Below, piece by piece: positions 1-10,085 of a stretch of DNA of 64,000 bases. The stretch is from positions 5,804 through 69,803 of IMG/VR virus record IMGVR_UViG_3300009509_001033; one strand, 5' to 3'. The position numbers were made by a program, and so were the translations under genes. Under the pieces are notes generated by a model. That model had not been told where the DNA came from, did no database searches, and saw nothing but the letters and a program-made list of their open reading frames with translations. Positions within the stretch are counted from its first letter, which is position 1. The number at the start of each line of letters is the position of its first letter. The stretch is from a virus.

Positions 1-404
1 TTCAGCAAGCAGGGGCAGTTCCTCTATTTCACTTCAATGATTATACTAATGCACTTCCTATTAGCAAGATGCCAGATATATATCAGGATATGGATGTCTT
101 CATTGTTGCATCAACAGAAGATGGTACTCCGAATCCAGCATTGGAAGCAGCAGCATGTGGAAGACCAATTATCTCTAATGCAATTGGAAATATGCCTGAG
201 TTAATAAAGAATGGATATAATGGCTTTATTGTGGAGAAGAGGATAGGGGCATATGTAGAGAAGATCAACTATCTTAGGAACAACAGACAAAAGCTTATTG
301 AGATGGGCAAGAATGCACGAAAGACCATTGAGGAAGAATGGACCTGGAAAATACAATCAGAGCATTGGAGAAGAATGTTCAGAGAGGTATTGGGATTGAT
401 ATGA
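1..404 (+). CDS. GT4 (GT-B) glycosyltransferase, 5'-truncated by window edge
   Basis: Frame open from position 3; GT4 motif STEDGTPNPALEAAACGRPIISNAIGNMPE..NGYNGF. Confidence 0.85.
   Translation, partial: QQAGAVPLFHFNDYTNALPISKMPDIYQDMDVFIVASTEDGTPNPALEAAACGRPIISNAIGNMPELIKNGYNGFIVEKRIGAYVEKINYLRNNRQKLIEMGKNARKTIEEEWTWKIQSEHWRRMFREVLGLI
144..196 (+). repeat. 53-bp perfect direct repeat, second copy 2957..3009
   Basis: GAAGCAGCAGCATGTGGAAGACCAATTATCTCTAATGCAATTGGAAATATGCC in both GT4 genes. Confidence 0.9.
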
Positions 405-1342
405 AAGTAGCTATATTGGGAAATACCAGATTAAACTATAGTTGGTTCGTATTGACACATAGACAGGGATTGAAGCTGAATGGTCATACCGTAATTGATA
501 TAGACTATAAGACAACTCCACTAATGGAGATCTATAATAGGCTTGTAAGTGAGAATCCTAAATATGTCTTTACACATTTAACATTTCATTCTCATATACA
601 TCCACCTGATGTTATACTTAATGTCTTGAAGCAGGTGAAGAATAAGACAGGAACTAAATTTGTTCATGTATTAATGGATGCTCGACATGAACCAAGGTAT
701 AATAAAGATATCTCAGATGTCTTCCATATGGCATTTGTGAATCAAACAGAAAACCTTGAAAAATTCCAGGATTATTGGAGGATACCAGTTATCTTTGAAC
801 CATATTGCTCATTGGTGCAAGAAGAATTGGCAAACCCTGTAGGTGAATTGGCATTTGGTAATCGGCTTATTTTTCCTGGCAGTCCTATGGCACATCCACC
901 ACGTAGGAATTTTTTACAGAGGGTACAGCAAATAATGCCGTTAGTATATTTGCAAACTCAGTCAGCAAATGATTTAAGGCATAGAACACCGGAACTGTCA
1001 ATATCAGCTAAAGCTATTCTATCAGCATGTATTGGATATGATATAATGCATTATAATGAAGTAAGACCATGGCAATATCTAGGTGCTGGTGCCTGTTTGA
1101 TACATAGGAAGTTTAAAGGTGAGGATGATTTAATACCAAGTGATCTCTATTTGGAATATAACTCACCAAAGGAAGTAAAAGAACAATTTACTAGAGCATG
1201 TAATGAAGATACAATGCCGATGAGAAAGAAGGCATTTGAGTTCATGCAGAAACACCATAACAGTAAAGTTCGAATGTATAATGTAATGGAGTGTCTTGAG
1301 GAAAGACAGTTTACTACTAATTCATTTATATGGGAGTTATAA
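401..1342 (+). CDS. GT-B glycosyltransferase, CgeB-like (start refined to 401)
   Basis: ATGA overlap with upstream stop; MKVAILG N-terminus; C-terminal RPWQYLGAGACLI..KAFEFMQKHH..RM resembles Glyco_trans_1_2/CgeB. Confidence 0.6.
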   Translation: MKVAILGNTRLNYSWFVLTHRQGLKLNGHTVIDIDYKTTPLMEIYNRLVSENPKYVFTHLTFHSHIHPPDVILNVLKQVKNKTGTKFVHVLMDARHEPRYNKDISDVFHMAFVNQTENLEKFQDYWRIPVIFEPYCSLVQEELANPVGELAFGNRLIFPGSPMAHPPRRNFLQRVQQIMPLVYLQTQSANDLRHRTPELSISAKAILSACIGYDIMHYNEVRPWQYLGAGACLIHRKFKGEDDLIPSDLYLEYNSPKEVKEQFTRACNEDTMPMRKKAFEFMQKHHNSKVRMYNVMECLEERQFTTNSFIWEL

Positions 1343-1560
1343 TGGCAAAGAAAATAATAGTATGTGAGGGCAAGAAAGTAAAACTAAAGCATCTAAAGAA
1401 AGGTCTCATTTTCAGTCTTCTTGAAAACCAGGAGTTCATAGGTAATTTTGAAGTAGCAGAGGAAATGGATGCTACAGGAACAGTAAAGGCAAGAATTGTC
1501 ACTCCTAGTATAGGTGAGAAGTGGATAGAGACTAAGTTTACAGAGGATGATTTGCAATGA
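1342..1560 (+). CDS. hypothetical protein
   Basis: Tightly packed ORF, GGAG upstream. Confidence 0.6.
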   Translation: MAKKIIVCEGKKVKLKHLKKGLIFSLLENQEFIGNFEVAEEMDATGTVKARIVTPSIGEKWIETKFTEDDLQ

Positions 1561-2180
1561 AAAATTATGTGAAGAACCAAATCGAAATTACAAATAAGAA
1601 TATGAAGGACAAGTATTTCTATCTTCATAAACAAAGACATGATGAATATGCAAACTGGCTTAAACCTCATGTTAAAAAGGATATGAAGGTTCTGGATATA
1701 GGTTGTAGAGATGGTAGCTTTCTTGAATCTCTAAGAAACATAACTGGAGTATGGCAATTGTGGGGAATAGAGCTTAATGAGACTGCAAGCATGATTGCAG
1801 GTGATAAGGGGATAATGGTATATAATGTTGATGCTCATAATATATCATGTGAGAACTTACCGTCATGTGGTATGGAATTTTATGATCTTGTGTGTATGAC
1901 TCATTTTCTTGAACATACTCATTCTCCTATGTTGGTCCTGAAGGAAGCTTTAAGAGTATTAAAGACAGGTGGGATGCTTTTGATTGAAGTGCCACTTGAA
2001 CCAATGCCAGATAAGCTACCCACACAGTGGGGTCACTATTTCACTTTTCAATCACATAGTGATCTGATTAAGTTACTTAATATGGTTCGTAGGGAAGAGG
2101 GATATAATTTTGAGACTGTCAAAGAGCTAAAAGACAAGAAGAAAAATAAATGGTATAGGATGCTGATAAGGAAGAAATGA
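1557..2180 (+). CDS. class I SAM-dependent methyltransferase
   Basis: VLDIGCRDG motif I, GIELN, FLEH..P..VLKEALRVLKTGG. Confidence 0.9.
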   Translation: MKNYVKNQIEITNKNMKDKYFYLHKQRHDEYANWLKPHVKKDMKVLDIGCRDGSFLESLRNITGVWQLWGIELNETASMIAGDKGIMVYNVDAHNISCENLPSCGMEFYDLVCMTHFLEHTHSPMLVLKEALRVLKTGGMLLIEVPLEPMPDKLPTQWGHYFTFQSHSDLIKLLNMVRREEGYNFETVKELKDKKKNKWYRMLIRKK

Positions 2181-3214
2181 AAAAACCCAAAGTAAGAAAA
2201 CCCAAAGTATATACACCTATTGATTATCCACCTCCACCATTGAAAGTTTCTCCATTAAAGGAATATGTATTCCCAAAAGTAAAGGGAAGACCTAAAGTAT
2301 TGATGATAGCTGATCAAAAGGGATGGGGAGCATGGAAAAGAGGTGAGTATATACAGAAGCTTTTATCTGATGAGTTTGAGCTAGATTTAATTGACCTACG
2401 AACTTTCTTAGATAATTTCGAAGATATCAAGGAGAAAAATTATAAGGTGCTCTATGCTCTGCTTCATATATTAATGAGATATGGTAAAGTCAGAGAGATG
2501 TCAGAGAAGATCAAGACAATAGCAACCGTGACATCTAGACAAATTCTTAAACCAAGCTTTGGTCATGAAATGGAAGCAAGGATAAAGAACTTTAGAATTT
2601 TTACAAAACATGTGAACATACTGATTGTCAATAATTTGCTCGTTAGGCCAGAAGCAGAGAAATATTTTCGTGGTCCTGTTAGATATGCTCCTAGGGGGGT
2701 AGATCCTGATGTCTTTAGGTTTACGAAATATCCTATGGACAAGCAGTTTACAGTCTTCTATGTTGGTAAGCCAGTAATTGAGAAGGGTCTTAAGTTTTAT
2801 ATAAAGCCAGCATGTAAAAGGGCAGGGGCTAGGTTGATAACTAATACAAGAAACTTTACTAATGCATTATCTGAGGAAGAAATGATGCTGGCTTATAATA
2901 ACTCCAATGCATATGTGGTTGCAAGCATAATTGATGGTACTCCAAACCCTGCACTAGAAGCAGCAGCATGTGGAAGACCAATTATCTCTAATGCAATTGG
3001 AAATATGCCAGAATTTATTGAAGAAGGTGAGAATGGATTTCTTGTCCCTATGGAGGTTAGTGCATATGCTAGTAAGCTAAAGTGGATGGTGAATAATAGA
3101 GAGAAAGCAGCAGCAATGGGACAAAGGGCTAGAGAAACAGTTTTAAAAGGATGGACATGGGATTATATACTTAACAAGTATCAAAGACACGTACTAAGAG
3201 AATTATTAAATTAA
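2177..3214 (+). CDS. GT4 glycosyltransferase
   Basis: PRGVDPDVF, YVGK..KG, DGTPNPALEAAACGRPIISN, EEGENGFLV. Confidence 0.9.
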   Translation: MKKPKVRKPKVYTPIDYPPPPLKVSPLKEYVFPKVKGRPKVLMIADQKGWGAWKRGEYIQKLLSDEFELDLIDLRTFLDNFEDIKEKNYKVLYALLHILMRYGKVREMSEKIKTIATVTSRQILKPSFGHEMEARIKNFRIFTKHVNILIVNNLLVRPEAEKYFRGPVRYAPRGVDPDVFRFTKYPMDKQFTVFYVGKPVIEKGLKFYIKPACKRAGARLITNTRNFTNALSEEEMMLAYNNSNAYVVASIIDGTPNPALEAAACGRPIISNAIGNMPEFIEEGENGFLVPMEVSAYASKLKWMVNNREKAAAMGQRARETVLKGWTWDYILNKYQRHVLRELLN

Positions 3215-3233
3215 AAATGGTAGGAGGTTTAAA

Positions 3234-3935
3234 ATGGTAGCAACACAACAAAAATGGAAAGTAGATCCAGAACTACATTCTTGTGATAGAGAAGATGGTA
3301 AGAAGGTGCTGGACTACTACACAACTTATGTGAAGGAGTTTCTAGATGCTGATCCTTTAAGAGATTGGGAGAGCATCGAAAGATGTAAGGAACTATGGAA
3401 GTTCTTTCTATCTCTGGATATCAAGCTACCTAAGAAATGCAGTGTATTGGATTGTGGTACAAAGGATGGTCAATTTCCAGCATGGCTTGTAGAGCAAGGA
3501 TATGAAGGTGTTGGTATTGAAATATCAAAGCCATATGTCAAATATGCTACTGATAGAGGTAGACCTGTAGAGTTCGGAGATGTCACAGATCTTCATTTCA
3601 AAGATAGATCCTTTAATGTGGCCTTTGCTCATCACCTATTGGGTTTGGTGCCTGATTACCAGAAGGCATATGAAGAGATGATCAGGACTGTTAAAGCAGG
3701 TGGTTATATAATCACTCTAGATAATATTCCTGGTAACCCAAGGAAGCATTATCAGCTTGTGGAAAGCCCAGAGCAATTAACACAGATGGTTGATGGTGCA
3801 TCTCTTAAGGTGGGTAATGGAGCACATGCAGTTGATCTTGTTTTCTTTGACTACTATCCACAGGGGTTTGAAAAGGGAAGAGAGTTCTTGACAGTGCTAC
3901 AGAGAAAACGTGGAGCACCAAGAAAGAAGAAATAA
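3234..3935 (+). CDS. class I SAM-dependent methyltransferase
   Basis: VLDCGTKDG, GIEIS, GDVTDLHFKDRSF, EMIRTVKAGG; AGGAGG RBS. Confidence 0.85.
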   Translation: MVATQQKWKVDPELHSCDREDGKKVLDYYTTYVKEFLDADPLRDWESIERCKELWKFFLSLDIKLPKKCSVLDCGTKDGQFPAWLVEQGYEGVGIEISKPYVKYATDRGRPVEFGDVTDLHFKDRSFNVAFAHHLLGLVPDYQKAYEEMIRTVKAGGYIITLDNIPGNPRKHYQLVESPEQLTQMVDGASLKVGNGAHAVDLVFFDYYPQGFEKGREFLTVLQRKRGAPRKKK

Positions 3936-3947
3936 GGAGACTAGAAT

Positions 3948-4655
3948 ATGAATGCTTTTATTGTGGCTCAACAGAGAACAGGGTCTACTTTGCTCTATGA
4001 GTTTCTAGATTCACATCCAGGAATATTCTGTGCAGATGAGCTATTTATTATCAAGGGGAAAATAGACTGGAGATTCAGAATGATCAAGGTCTATAATTGG
4101 TATAGGAAAAATAAGGGATGGACCCCAGACCAGTTTATTGATTGGGTTTTTAGTTTGTCTCAGCATTCGTGCATGAAACTTTTATATCACCAAATAGAAT
4201 TTTTCCATTTGCATGATAGAGTATTCAGTACACCTATAATTCATTTGACAAGGAGAAACTACTTTCATAGAGCAGTTTCACAGTTTGCAACTGTAGGCAC
4301 TATTAATAATAAAAAACCTGAAGCTTACATCTTGGATATAAAGGAAGCAATTAGAAGAGATGAAATGTGGGAAAAGGCATTTAAGGAGAATCTTAATACG
4401 AAAAAATACCTTAGAGTGTATTATGAAGATCTTGTTGGTAGACATGAGAGTGTTAGAAGAGCAAGGTACACTTTTATGAAAGAAAGTATTGGGAAAACTG
4501 TATGTAGCTTCTTTGGAGTTCCTTATTTCGAAATGTTTACATCAACACCAAAGGCACTTCAACAGAAGGACTATTGGAACTATATACCTGATAGACATAA
4601 GAAGCTACTTAAATTGATGTTGGAAAATAGCCTTCCAGAGAGTGTATGGAAATGA
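3948..4655 (+). CDS. PAPS-dependent sulfotransferase (Stf0-like)
   Basis: 5'-PSB motif QRTGSTLL..LDSHP....ELF; IIHLTRRN..RAVS; YYEDL. Confidence 0.8.
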   Translation: MNAFIVAQQRTGSTLLYEFLDSHPGIFCADELFIIKGKIDWRFRMIKVYNWYRKNKGWTPDQFIDWVFSLSQHSCMKLLYHQIEFFHLHDRVFSTPIIHLTRRNYFHRAVSQFATVGTINNKKPEAYILDIKEAIRRDEMWEKAFKENLNTKKYLRVYYEDLVGRHESVRRARYTFMKESIGKTVCSFFGVPYFEMFTSTPKALQQKDYWNYIPDRHKKLLKLMLENSLPESVWK

Positions 4656-5221
4656 GACTAAGTATTTTTAGCATGAAACGTAGTGGTCAACATGCCATTA
4701 TAAATTGGCTCTGTGAACAGGGCAAACCTGCTTTACATTTTAATGCATGTGAGCTTAACTTGGAGCCTAGAAATTTTATTGTTGAATATGGTAACGACAA
4801 AAAAGTTATTCACCATAAACGTGATTTTCAACCGTTGTTGAAAAACTACAAATTGGTGATATACAATTTTGAGGATATACCTGTTGTTGATACAGGCATG
4901 AAACGAATGATCATCATTAGAGACCCATGGAACTGGAAGGCAAGCAGAAAGAGGTCCAAATTGGCTCTGAGAGATGATATCTGGATACAACATGCACTCA
5001 ACCCTACCCCTAAAGTGCTCTTTAATAGGTGGGTAATGGAAGAGGAATATCGAAAAAACCTTTGTAAAAGTCTCTCTGTTCCCTTTACTGATGCAGGTTT
5101 CAGGGAAGTGTTTTGGCATGGCAGAAGTCATTTTGATAATATGAATGTGCTGGAGAGATTCAAAGAAGAGAAAGTGACAGTTTCACCTGAAATGGAAAAA
5201 TTATGGAAGGGCTTAAAGTAG
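4652..5221 (+). CDS. sulfotransferase-like protein
   Basis: MKRSGQHAIINWL (PSB-like loop) and IIIRDPWNWKASR (3'-PB-like). Confidence 0.6.
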   Translation: MRLSIFSMKRSGQHAIINWLCEQGKPALHFNACELNLEPRNFIVEYGNDKKVIHHKRDFQPLLKNYKLVIYNFEDIPVVDTGMKRMIIIRDPWNWKASRKRSKLALRDDIWIQHALNPTPKVLFNRWVMEEEYRKNLCKSLSVPFTDAGFREVFWHGRSHFDNMNVLERFKEEKVTVSPEMEKLWKGLK

Positions 5222-5790
5222 AAAAACCGGAAAATGAAAAACCTTCAGATTGGTATGATGATCATACAGGAAAGGGAAGGGCATTTTTCCAAAGTGAATT
5301 TCATCAAGAACTATATCCTGAGATAGTGAAGTTTCTAGATCGAAAGGATAGAATCATTGATTTAGGTTGTGGTGGTGGAAGATTGATACAGGCTCTTCAA
5401 AAAGAGTTCATTCCCAAAAGCTATCTAGGTATAGACTTTTCAAATGCTAGAGTTGAAGTAGCAAATTCTGCATATGGTGGTAAGTGGTCTTTCAAAGTGG
5501 GAGATATTACAAGATACAATAAGATCTATGAGAAGTTCGATACGTTTGTGTTGATTACCGTTCTTGAGCATATAAATGAGGATAGAAAAGTTTTAGAGAA
5601 TATACCATCTGGAAGTAAAGTAATAATGGCCAATCCTAATAAGATGTCTGAAAGTCATGTCAGACAATATATATCAGAAGAGTATATAATTGATAGATAT
5701 AATGATCTACTTGAGTTTCAGGATGTCAAGATATTATACAATGCTGATAGTAGTCCTAGAATGTTCATACATAAATGCAGGAGGTTATAG
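5203..5790 (+). CDS. class I SAM-dependent methyltransferase
   Basis: IIDLGCGGG, YLGIDFS, VLEHI. Confidence 0.9.
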   Translation: MEGLKVEKPENEKPSDWYDDHTGKGRAFFQSEFHQELYPEIVKFLDRKDRIIDLGCGGGRLIQALQKEFIPKSYLGIDFSNARVEVANSAYGGKWSFKVGDITRYNKIYEKFDTFVLITVLEHINEDRKVLENIPSGSKVIMANPNKMSESHVRQYISEEYIIDRYNDLLEFQDVKILYNADSSPRMFIHKCRRL

Positions 5791-6656
5791 TGGAGAGATT
5801 TGAGTTGGATGTTTTGATATGTGGATCAAGTAGACCTCAGTTGCTTATCTACTTACTGGAGTCATTGGAGAGATTTATTGTGTCACAATCTAAGAATACT
5901 GATTTTAGATTATTGATGCATGAGGATTTTGTTCAACCAGAAAAGAGCAAAGAGACAGTAGAATTGGCCAGAGAATGGGGAGCAAAAGTAATAGCACATA
6001 ATCCACCTATCGGGTATGGACCTGCAATGAAGCTAATGCTAGATAACCATATCAAAACAGAGTACATGCTGAACCTTCAAGATGATTGGGAGTTTGAACG
6101 AACAGGTATTGATATAGATAGAATCCTATGGACTATGGACAAACACTCTAAAATTAATTGCATCACCTTTAACAAGAGAAAGAATGACCAAGCAGGTCAT
6201 ATTGTCCCTAATGGGCAGTATAAATATGATGGTTTGTTATTGTCATTATCCAAAGCATGGCATGTATTACCAGGAGTGTGGAGAGTATCAGTGGCAAGAA
6301 ATAAATGGGTTCCAGCACAGTCTAATCCTGCTGGTGCTTTTATAAAAGAGTTTGGTGGAGTGACAGACAATAAAAAATTTTTAGAGGAACATGTTGGTGC
6401 ATACTTTTATGGACCAGCAGGGGATGAAAGATGGGTTAGGCATTTGGGGCATACATGGAAGACAACACCATGGGGAAAAAATAATCCAAAGCTTGAAGCT
6501 GATATATCAGCCATAACAAAATGGAGACCAAAGTGGTTGCCACTTGAAGCAAGACCTACTAATAAAAAAGTAACAATAAAACCACATAATGAAGAACACT
6601 TTTTAAAACTTTTAGAACAGATGCCAGAAGATGTAAAGAAAGAGTATAAACGATGA
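5775..6656 (+). CDS. GT-A (GT2-like) glycosyltransferase
   Basis: LICGSSRPQLL..L.SL, NPPIGYG, YMLNLQDDWEF, terminal RHLG. Confidence 0.7.
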   Translation: MQEVIVERFELDVLICGSSRPQLLIYLLESLERFIVSQSKNTDFRLLMHEDFVQPEKSKETVELAREWGAKVIAHNPPIGYGPAMKLMLDNHIKTEYMLNLQDDWEFERTGIDIDRILWTMDKHSKINCITFNKRKNDQAGHIVPNGQYKYDGLLLSLSKAWHVLPGVWRVSVARNKWVPAQSNPAGAFIKEFGGVTDNKKFLEEHVGAYFYGPAGDERWVRHLGHTWKTTPWGKNNPKLEADISAITKWRPKWLPLEARPTNKKVTIKPHNEEHFLKLLEQMPEDVKKEYKR

Positions 6657-7348
6657 ATGCCGTACAGATGAATAATACTAGAACAGGATCTACCCTGCTA
6701 TATAGACTTCTTAATTCTCATCCTTCTATATTTGCATGTGATGAGCTATTTGCAAAGGAGTCACCACATAACAAACGAATATGTATGCTCAGACCATATG
6801 AGTTCTATAAGAAGAAGATGTCTATATACGAGTACCTGAAGATGTTTTTCAGCTATAACTCTCATACATGTTTTAAGGTCATTCCCCATATCCATTTTAA
6901 AAACTATCCTGATCTGGCAGGTGTGATAAAAGGACTTCCAGTGATTCATCTTAAAAGGGATTATATAGCCAGAGCAGTTTCGGCCTTTGCCCATAACGGT
7001 AAGCTTGAGACTGTAACATATAAAGACTTTATTGATGAGATAGAAACAGCAGTTTTGATAGACAATTCCATTGAGTTGTTTGCAAAGAGCTTTCCTTCTA
7101 TTCAAGTTAATTATGAGTGGATGATAAAACCAGAGAGAGTTACTTATTATGGCAAGGAACTTACCTTTGCATCTAACCGTCTTAACAAAGTGGTAAGTGA
7201 CTTTTTCAAGGTTCCTTATTTTGAAATGTATGCAGATTCGGTAAAGGAACTTAAAGACGATTACTGGAGCTACATTAAAAAACCAATTGTAGAGAGGTTA
7301 AAAGAAGTTGCTAACGATTTGGCTACTAGGACTACCATCAGCAGGTAA
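6653..7348 (+). CDS. PAPS-dependent sulfotransferase (Stf0-like), paralog of 3948..4655
   Basis: TRTGSTLL..LNSHP....DELF; VIHLKR..RAVS; shared FF.VPYFEM. Confidence 0.8.
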   Translation: MNAVQMNNTRTGSTLLYRLLNSHPSIFACDELFAKESPHNKRICMLRPYEFYKKKMSIYEYLKMFFSYNSHTCFKVIPHIHFKNYPDLAGVIKGLPVIHLKRDYIARAVSAFAHNGKLETVTYKDFIDEIETAVLIDNSIELFAKSFPSIQVNYEWMIKPERVTYYGKELTFASNRLNKVVSDFFKVPYFEMYADSVKELKDDYWSYIKKPIVERLKEVANDLATRTTISR

Positions 7349-7844
7349 GACAACAATATCAAGAGAACTATGTGCCAAGCTTGCATCTATGGGCTATAAG
7401 GTGGAGCTACTGGATGGTGATGAAGTGAGAAAGAATCTTGGTGGTGGATATTCATATGAAGAGAGACATGCACAGATCAGGAGACTACGATACTTCTGTA
7501 AGATCCTTAACAAGCATGGTATAGTGCCTATAGTTGCTGCTATTACTCCTTACGAACTATGGAGAGTGGAGAACAGAAAAGAGATAGATCATTATCTTGA
7601 GGTCTATGTAAATGCCCCATTGGAGCTATGTCAGAAAAGGGACGTGAAAGGTCTCTATAAACGTGCTCTGGCAGGGGATATAAAGAATATGACTGGAGTG
7701 GATGATCCATTTGAAGAAGCTTACAATTCAGATGTTATATGTTATACTGATGATGAAGATGTAAGGCAAAGTGTAAATAAAATATATAACAAATTTGTGG
7801 AGGTTATGAAAAATGCCGTATATAGAGCCAGAGACAAAAAGTGA
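7308..7844 (+). CDS. cysC: adenylyl-sulfate (APS) kinase
   Basis: TIWLLGLPSAGKTT, LLDGDEVR, RDVKGLYKRA..G.IKNMTGVDDPFE. Confidence 0.95.
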   Translation: MLTIWLLGLPSAGKTTISRELCAKLASMGYKVELLDGDEVRKNLGGGYSYEERHAQIRRLRYFCKILNKHGIVPIVAAITPYELWRVENRKEIDHYLEVYVNAPLELCQKRDVKGLYKRALAGDIKNMTGVDDPFEEAYNSDVICYTDDEDVRQSVNKIYNKFVEVMKNAVYRARDKK

Positions 7845-8130
7845 TAGAAGAGAACAGATGGACAAGATTGTTGATCTGATGTTGGAACAGGATGTAAAGG
7901 TTGATGGTGACCTTAACTATATCCTGTTTTCTTTTTTCTGCAAGCACATGATGAAGATAGGTCCATCATATAACAAGATGAAAAACTTTCGTGGTGAGCT
8001 AATGGAAATTCATGATCATATAGAATCACGATTCTTGGTATACTACGAAAGAAACAAGATGGAAGAGAATGGTGATGTTCCTGGTGCAGAGGAACTAGTA
8101 GAGTTTATAAAGAATATGAATGATAAGTAA
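7813..8130 (+). CDS. hypothetical phage protein (DUF6899-like)
   Basis: MPYI..GDLNY..YE..K..ENGDV pattern. Confidence 0.55.
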   Translation: MPYIEPETKSDRREQMDKIVDLMLEQDVKVDGDLNYILFSFFCKHMMKIGPSYNKMKNFRGELMEIHDHIESRFLVYYERNKMEENGDVPGAEELVEFIKNMNDK

Positions 8131-8141
8131 GGAGAAATGAT

Positions 8142-8357
8142 ATGGCAATTGTACCCATTGATCTAACAGGAAGAGGAAGACCATCTGTTTTTCTCAGAAA
8201 GAAACCTACTTTTGGGCATGAGGATATATTGAGAAGAAGAAAGGTTCTTGGTGGTGGTTTCTCTAGACCTATTAAAACTGACCCACCAGTAAAGAAACCA
8301 AGAGAGAAGACAGAAATAGAATTATATTTGGAGAGAATAGGCTATGGTGACAAATGA
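8142..8357 (+). CDS. hypothetical basic protein
   Basis: AGGAG RBS, operon context. Confidence 0.55.
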   Translation: MAIVPIDLTGRGRPSVFLRKKPTFGHEDILRRRKVLGGGFSRPIKTDPPVKKPREKTEIELYLERIGYGDK

Positions 8358-8814
8358 TGATTGGTTAGATGAAGTATTATCAAAGACAGAAAAGCAGGAG
8401 ATAAAAGAACGTATAAAGCTTGCCATTGGTAGAATAGAGAATTTGAGAATTGATGAAGCACTGCTTTTTTTAAAGGCACTATATCATGATCTTGATGATC
8501 ATATTGAAGAGAGTGTAGAGAAGTTGCTAACCGATATTGAATCAATGCCACAACCAAAGTACTGGTCACAACCACATGTACATAAATTAACAGATGGTCA
8601 TTCTCATACTGCTAGTGGTACTTATACAGCATCAGTACCTAACTATGATGAAGATATAATTTCTGAGATACAGACAATAAGAGAAGAGTTATTGAAGATG
8701 CAAAAAAAACATGAGCAGCAAGTGATAGAAGAACGAATGTTAGCATTTGAAGAAGATGCTGAAGCAGAGCCATTTAAAGAATATATTAAAGCTATACGAG
8801 ATGGGAGATGGTAA
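8344..8814 (+). CDS. hypothetical protein
   Basis: GGAG RBS, overlapping neighbours. Confidence 0.6.
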   Translation: MVTNDDWLDEVLSKTEKQEIKERIKLAIGRIENLRIDEALLFLKALYHDLDDHIEESVEKLLTDIESMPQPKYWSQPHVHKLTDGHSHTASGTYTASVPNYDEDIISEIQTIREELLKMQKKHEQQVIEERMLAFEEDAEAEPFKEYIKAIRDGRW

Positions 8815-9049
8815 TATGGAAACAGGAACAGATGCAGCAAAAAAGAGTTTAGTAGAGCAAAGAGATGAACATTTGGAATTGATAACAATGGAGATCAATG
8901 ATTTAAGAACCATACTGCTTCCTGCTGAAGGTTTTGATGAAGCAGATGGAGAGGTTTTCATTACTATCTATATTCTTAGAGTTATAGGTGGATGGATATA
9001 TTGGAGTGATGATGTTAACATGAATGTATTTGTACCGGAGAGGAAGTAA
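8747..9049 (+). CDS. hypothetical protein (true start probably 8816)
   Basis: Operon context. Confidence 0.5.
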   Translation: MKKMLKQSHLKNILKLYEMGDGNMETGTDAAKKSLVEQRDEHLELITMEINDLRTILLPAEGFDEADGEVFITIYILRVIGGWIYWSDDVNMNVFVPERK

Positions 9050-9267
9050 TGATATTACTGGATGATATTGCTGAGACAATAAGAGTAGGTGATATGATGA
9101 TAACATATGATGAAGCATTTTATCTGCAACTTGATAAAGGCAACCAGACCTTTATTAATTCATTTAGATGGATATATGCTTATGATCATATTCATCCAGA
9201 AGGTGGTGAGCCAGATCATGAGAAGATTTTGGCCTATTTGGGATTGCCTGGAGGTGGAGACAGATGA
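9049..9267 (+). CDS. hypothetical protein
   Basis: TAATG coupling to upstream ORF. Confidence 0.55.
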   Translation: MILLDDIAETIRVGDMMITYDEAFYLQLDKGNQTFINSFRWIYAYDHIHPEGGEPDHEKILAYLGLPGGGDR

Positions 9268-10085
9268 AACGAATACTTGTGACCGGAAGTAGAGGATATA
9301 GAGGAGAGAATTTGTATAAGTTCCTTGAGAGTGCAGGATATGATGTAATTGGTATAGATTCTAAAAAGGGACAACGTGCAGAGAAGTTTCCAATGTATGA
9401 TAATATAGATGGTATAGTTCACTTAGCTGCAATCCCAGGAATAGCAGCATGTGAAGACAAGCCAGCAGAAGCTATAGTCAGTAACTTGGAATCAACTATC
9501 TATATGTTCAATATATCCAGGAAGAAAGGCATTCCATGTGTGTTTACATCATCTCAAGCTGCAAAGGAACCCAAGTCGAGTATATATGCATTTACTAAAT
9601 ATGCATCTGAAGTCATAGGGAATAGGCTTATTGATGAAGGTGCTAAAATAAGGATACTGAGACTGTCAAATGTATATGGTGGTTACAATTACCTGGAGAA
9701 GAAAAATTCTGTAGTAGCTAGGTTTGCAAAGGCAACATTAGCTAGAAAGCCTTTCGTAGTGCATGGTCATGGCACACAAATTCGAGACTTTATTCATGTA
9801 GATGATGTTTGTAGAGCAATATATTTAGCTCTTCTTACAGAAAACGTAGTAGATCTTCCAATTGACATCGGAACAGGTATAGGAACCCAGATCAGTACAG
9901 TTGCCTTCTATTTCCAACAACTTTTTCGTGCCAAGTTTACATTTGACTTTTCATCTGATAGAATAGGTAAAGAGAGTAATATAGCAGATACTAAAGATGC
10001 AGAAAAAGTTCTGGGCTTTAAAGCTGAAGATAGATTGGTGCAGTATGTAGAATCATTGAGAGAGGAATATAATGGACACAATTAG
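9264..10085 (+). CDS. NAD-dependent NDP-sugar epimerase/dehydratase (extended SDR)
   Basis: VTGSRGYRG, HLAA, YAFTK, LRLSNVYG, GTQIRDFIHVDD. Confidence 0.92.
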   Translation: MKRILVTGSRGYRGENLYKFLESAGYDVIGIDSKKGQRAEKFPMYDNIDGIVHLAAIPGIAACEDKPAEAIVSNLESTIYMFNISRKKGIPCVFTSSQAAKEPKSSIYAFTKYASEVIGNRLIDEGAKIRILRLSNVYGGYNYLEKKNSVVARFAKATLARKPFVVHGHGTQIRDFIHVDDVCRAIYLALLTENVVDLPIDIGTGIGTQISTVAFYFQQLFRAKFTFDFSSDRIGKESNIADTKDAEKVLGFKAEDRLVQYVESLREEYNGHN

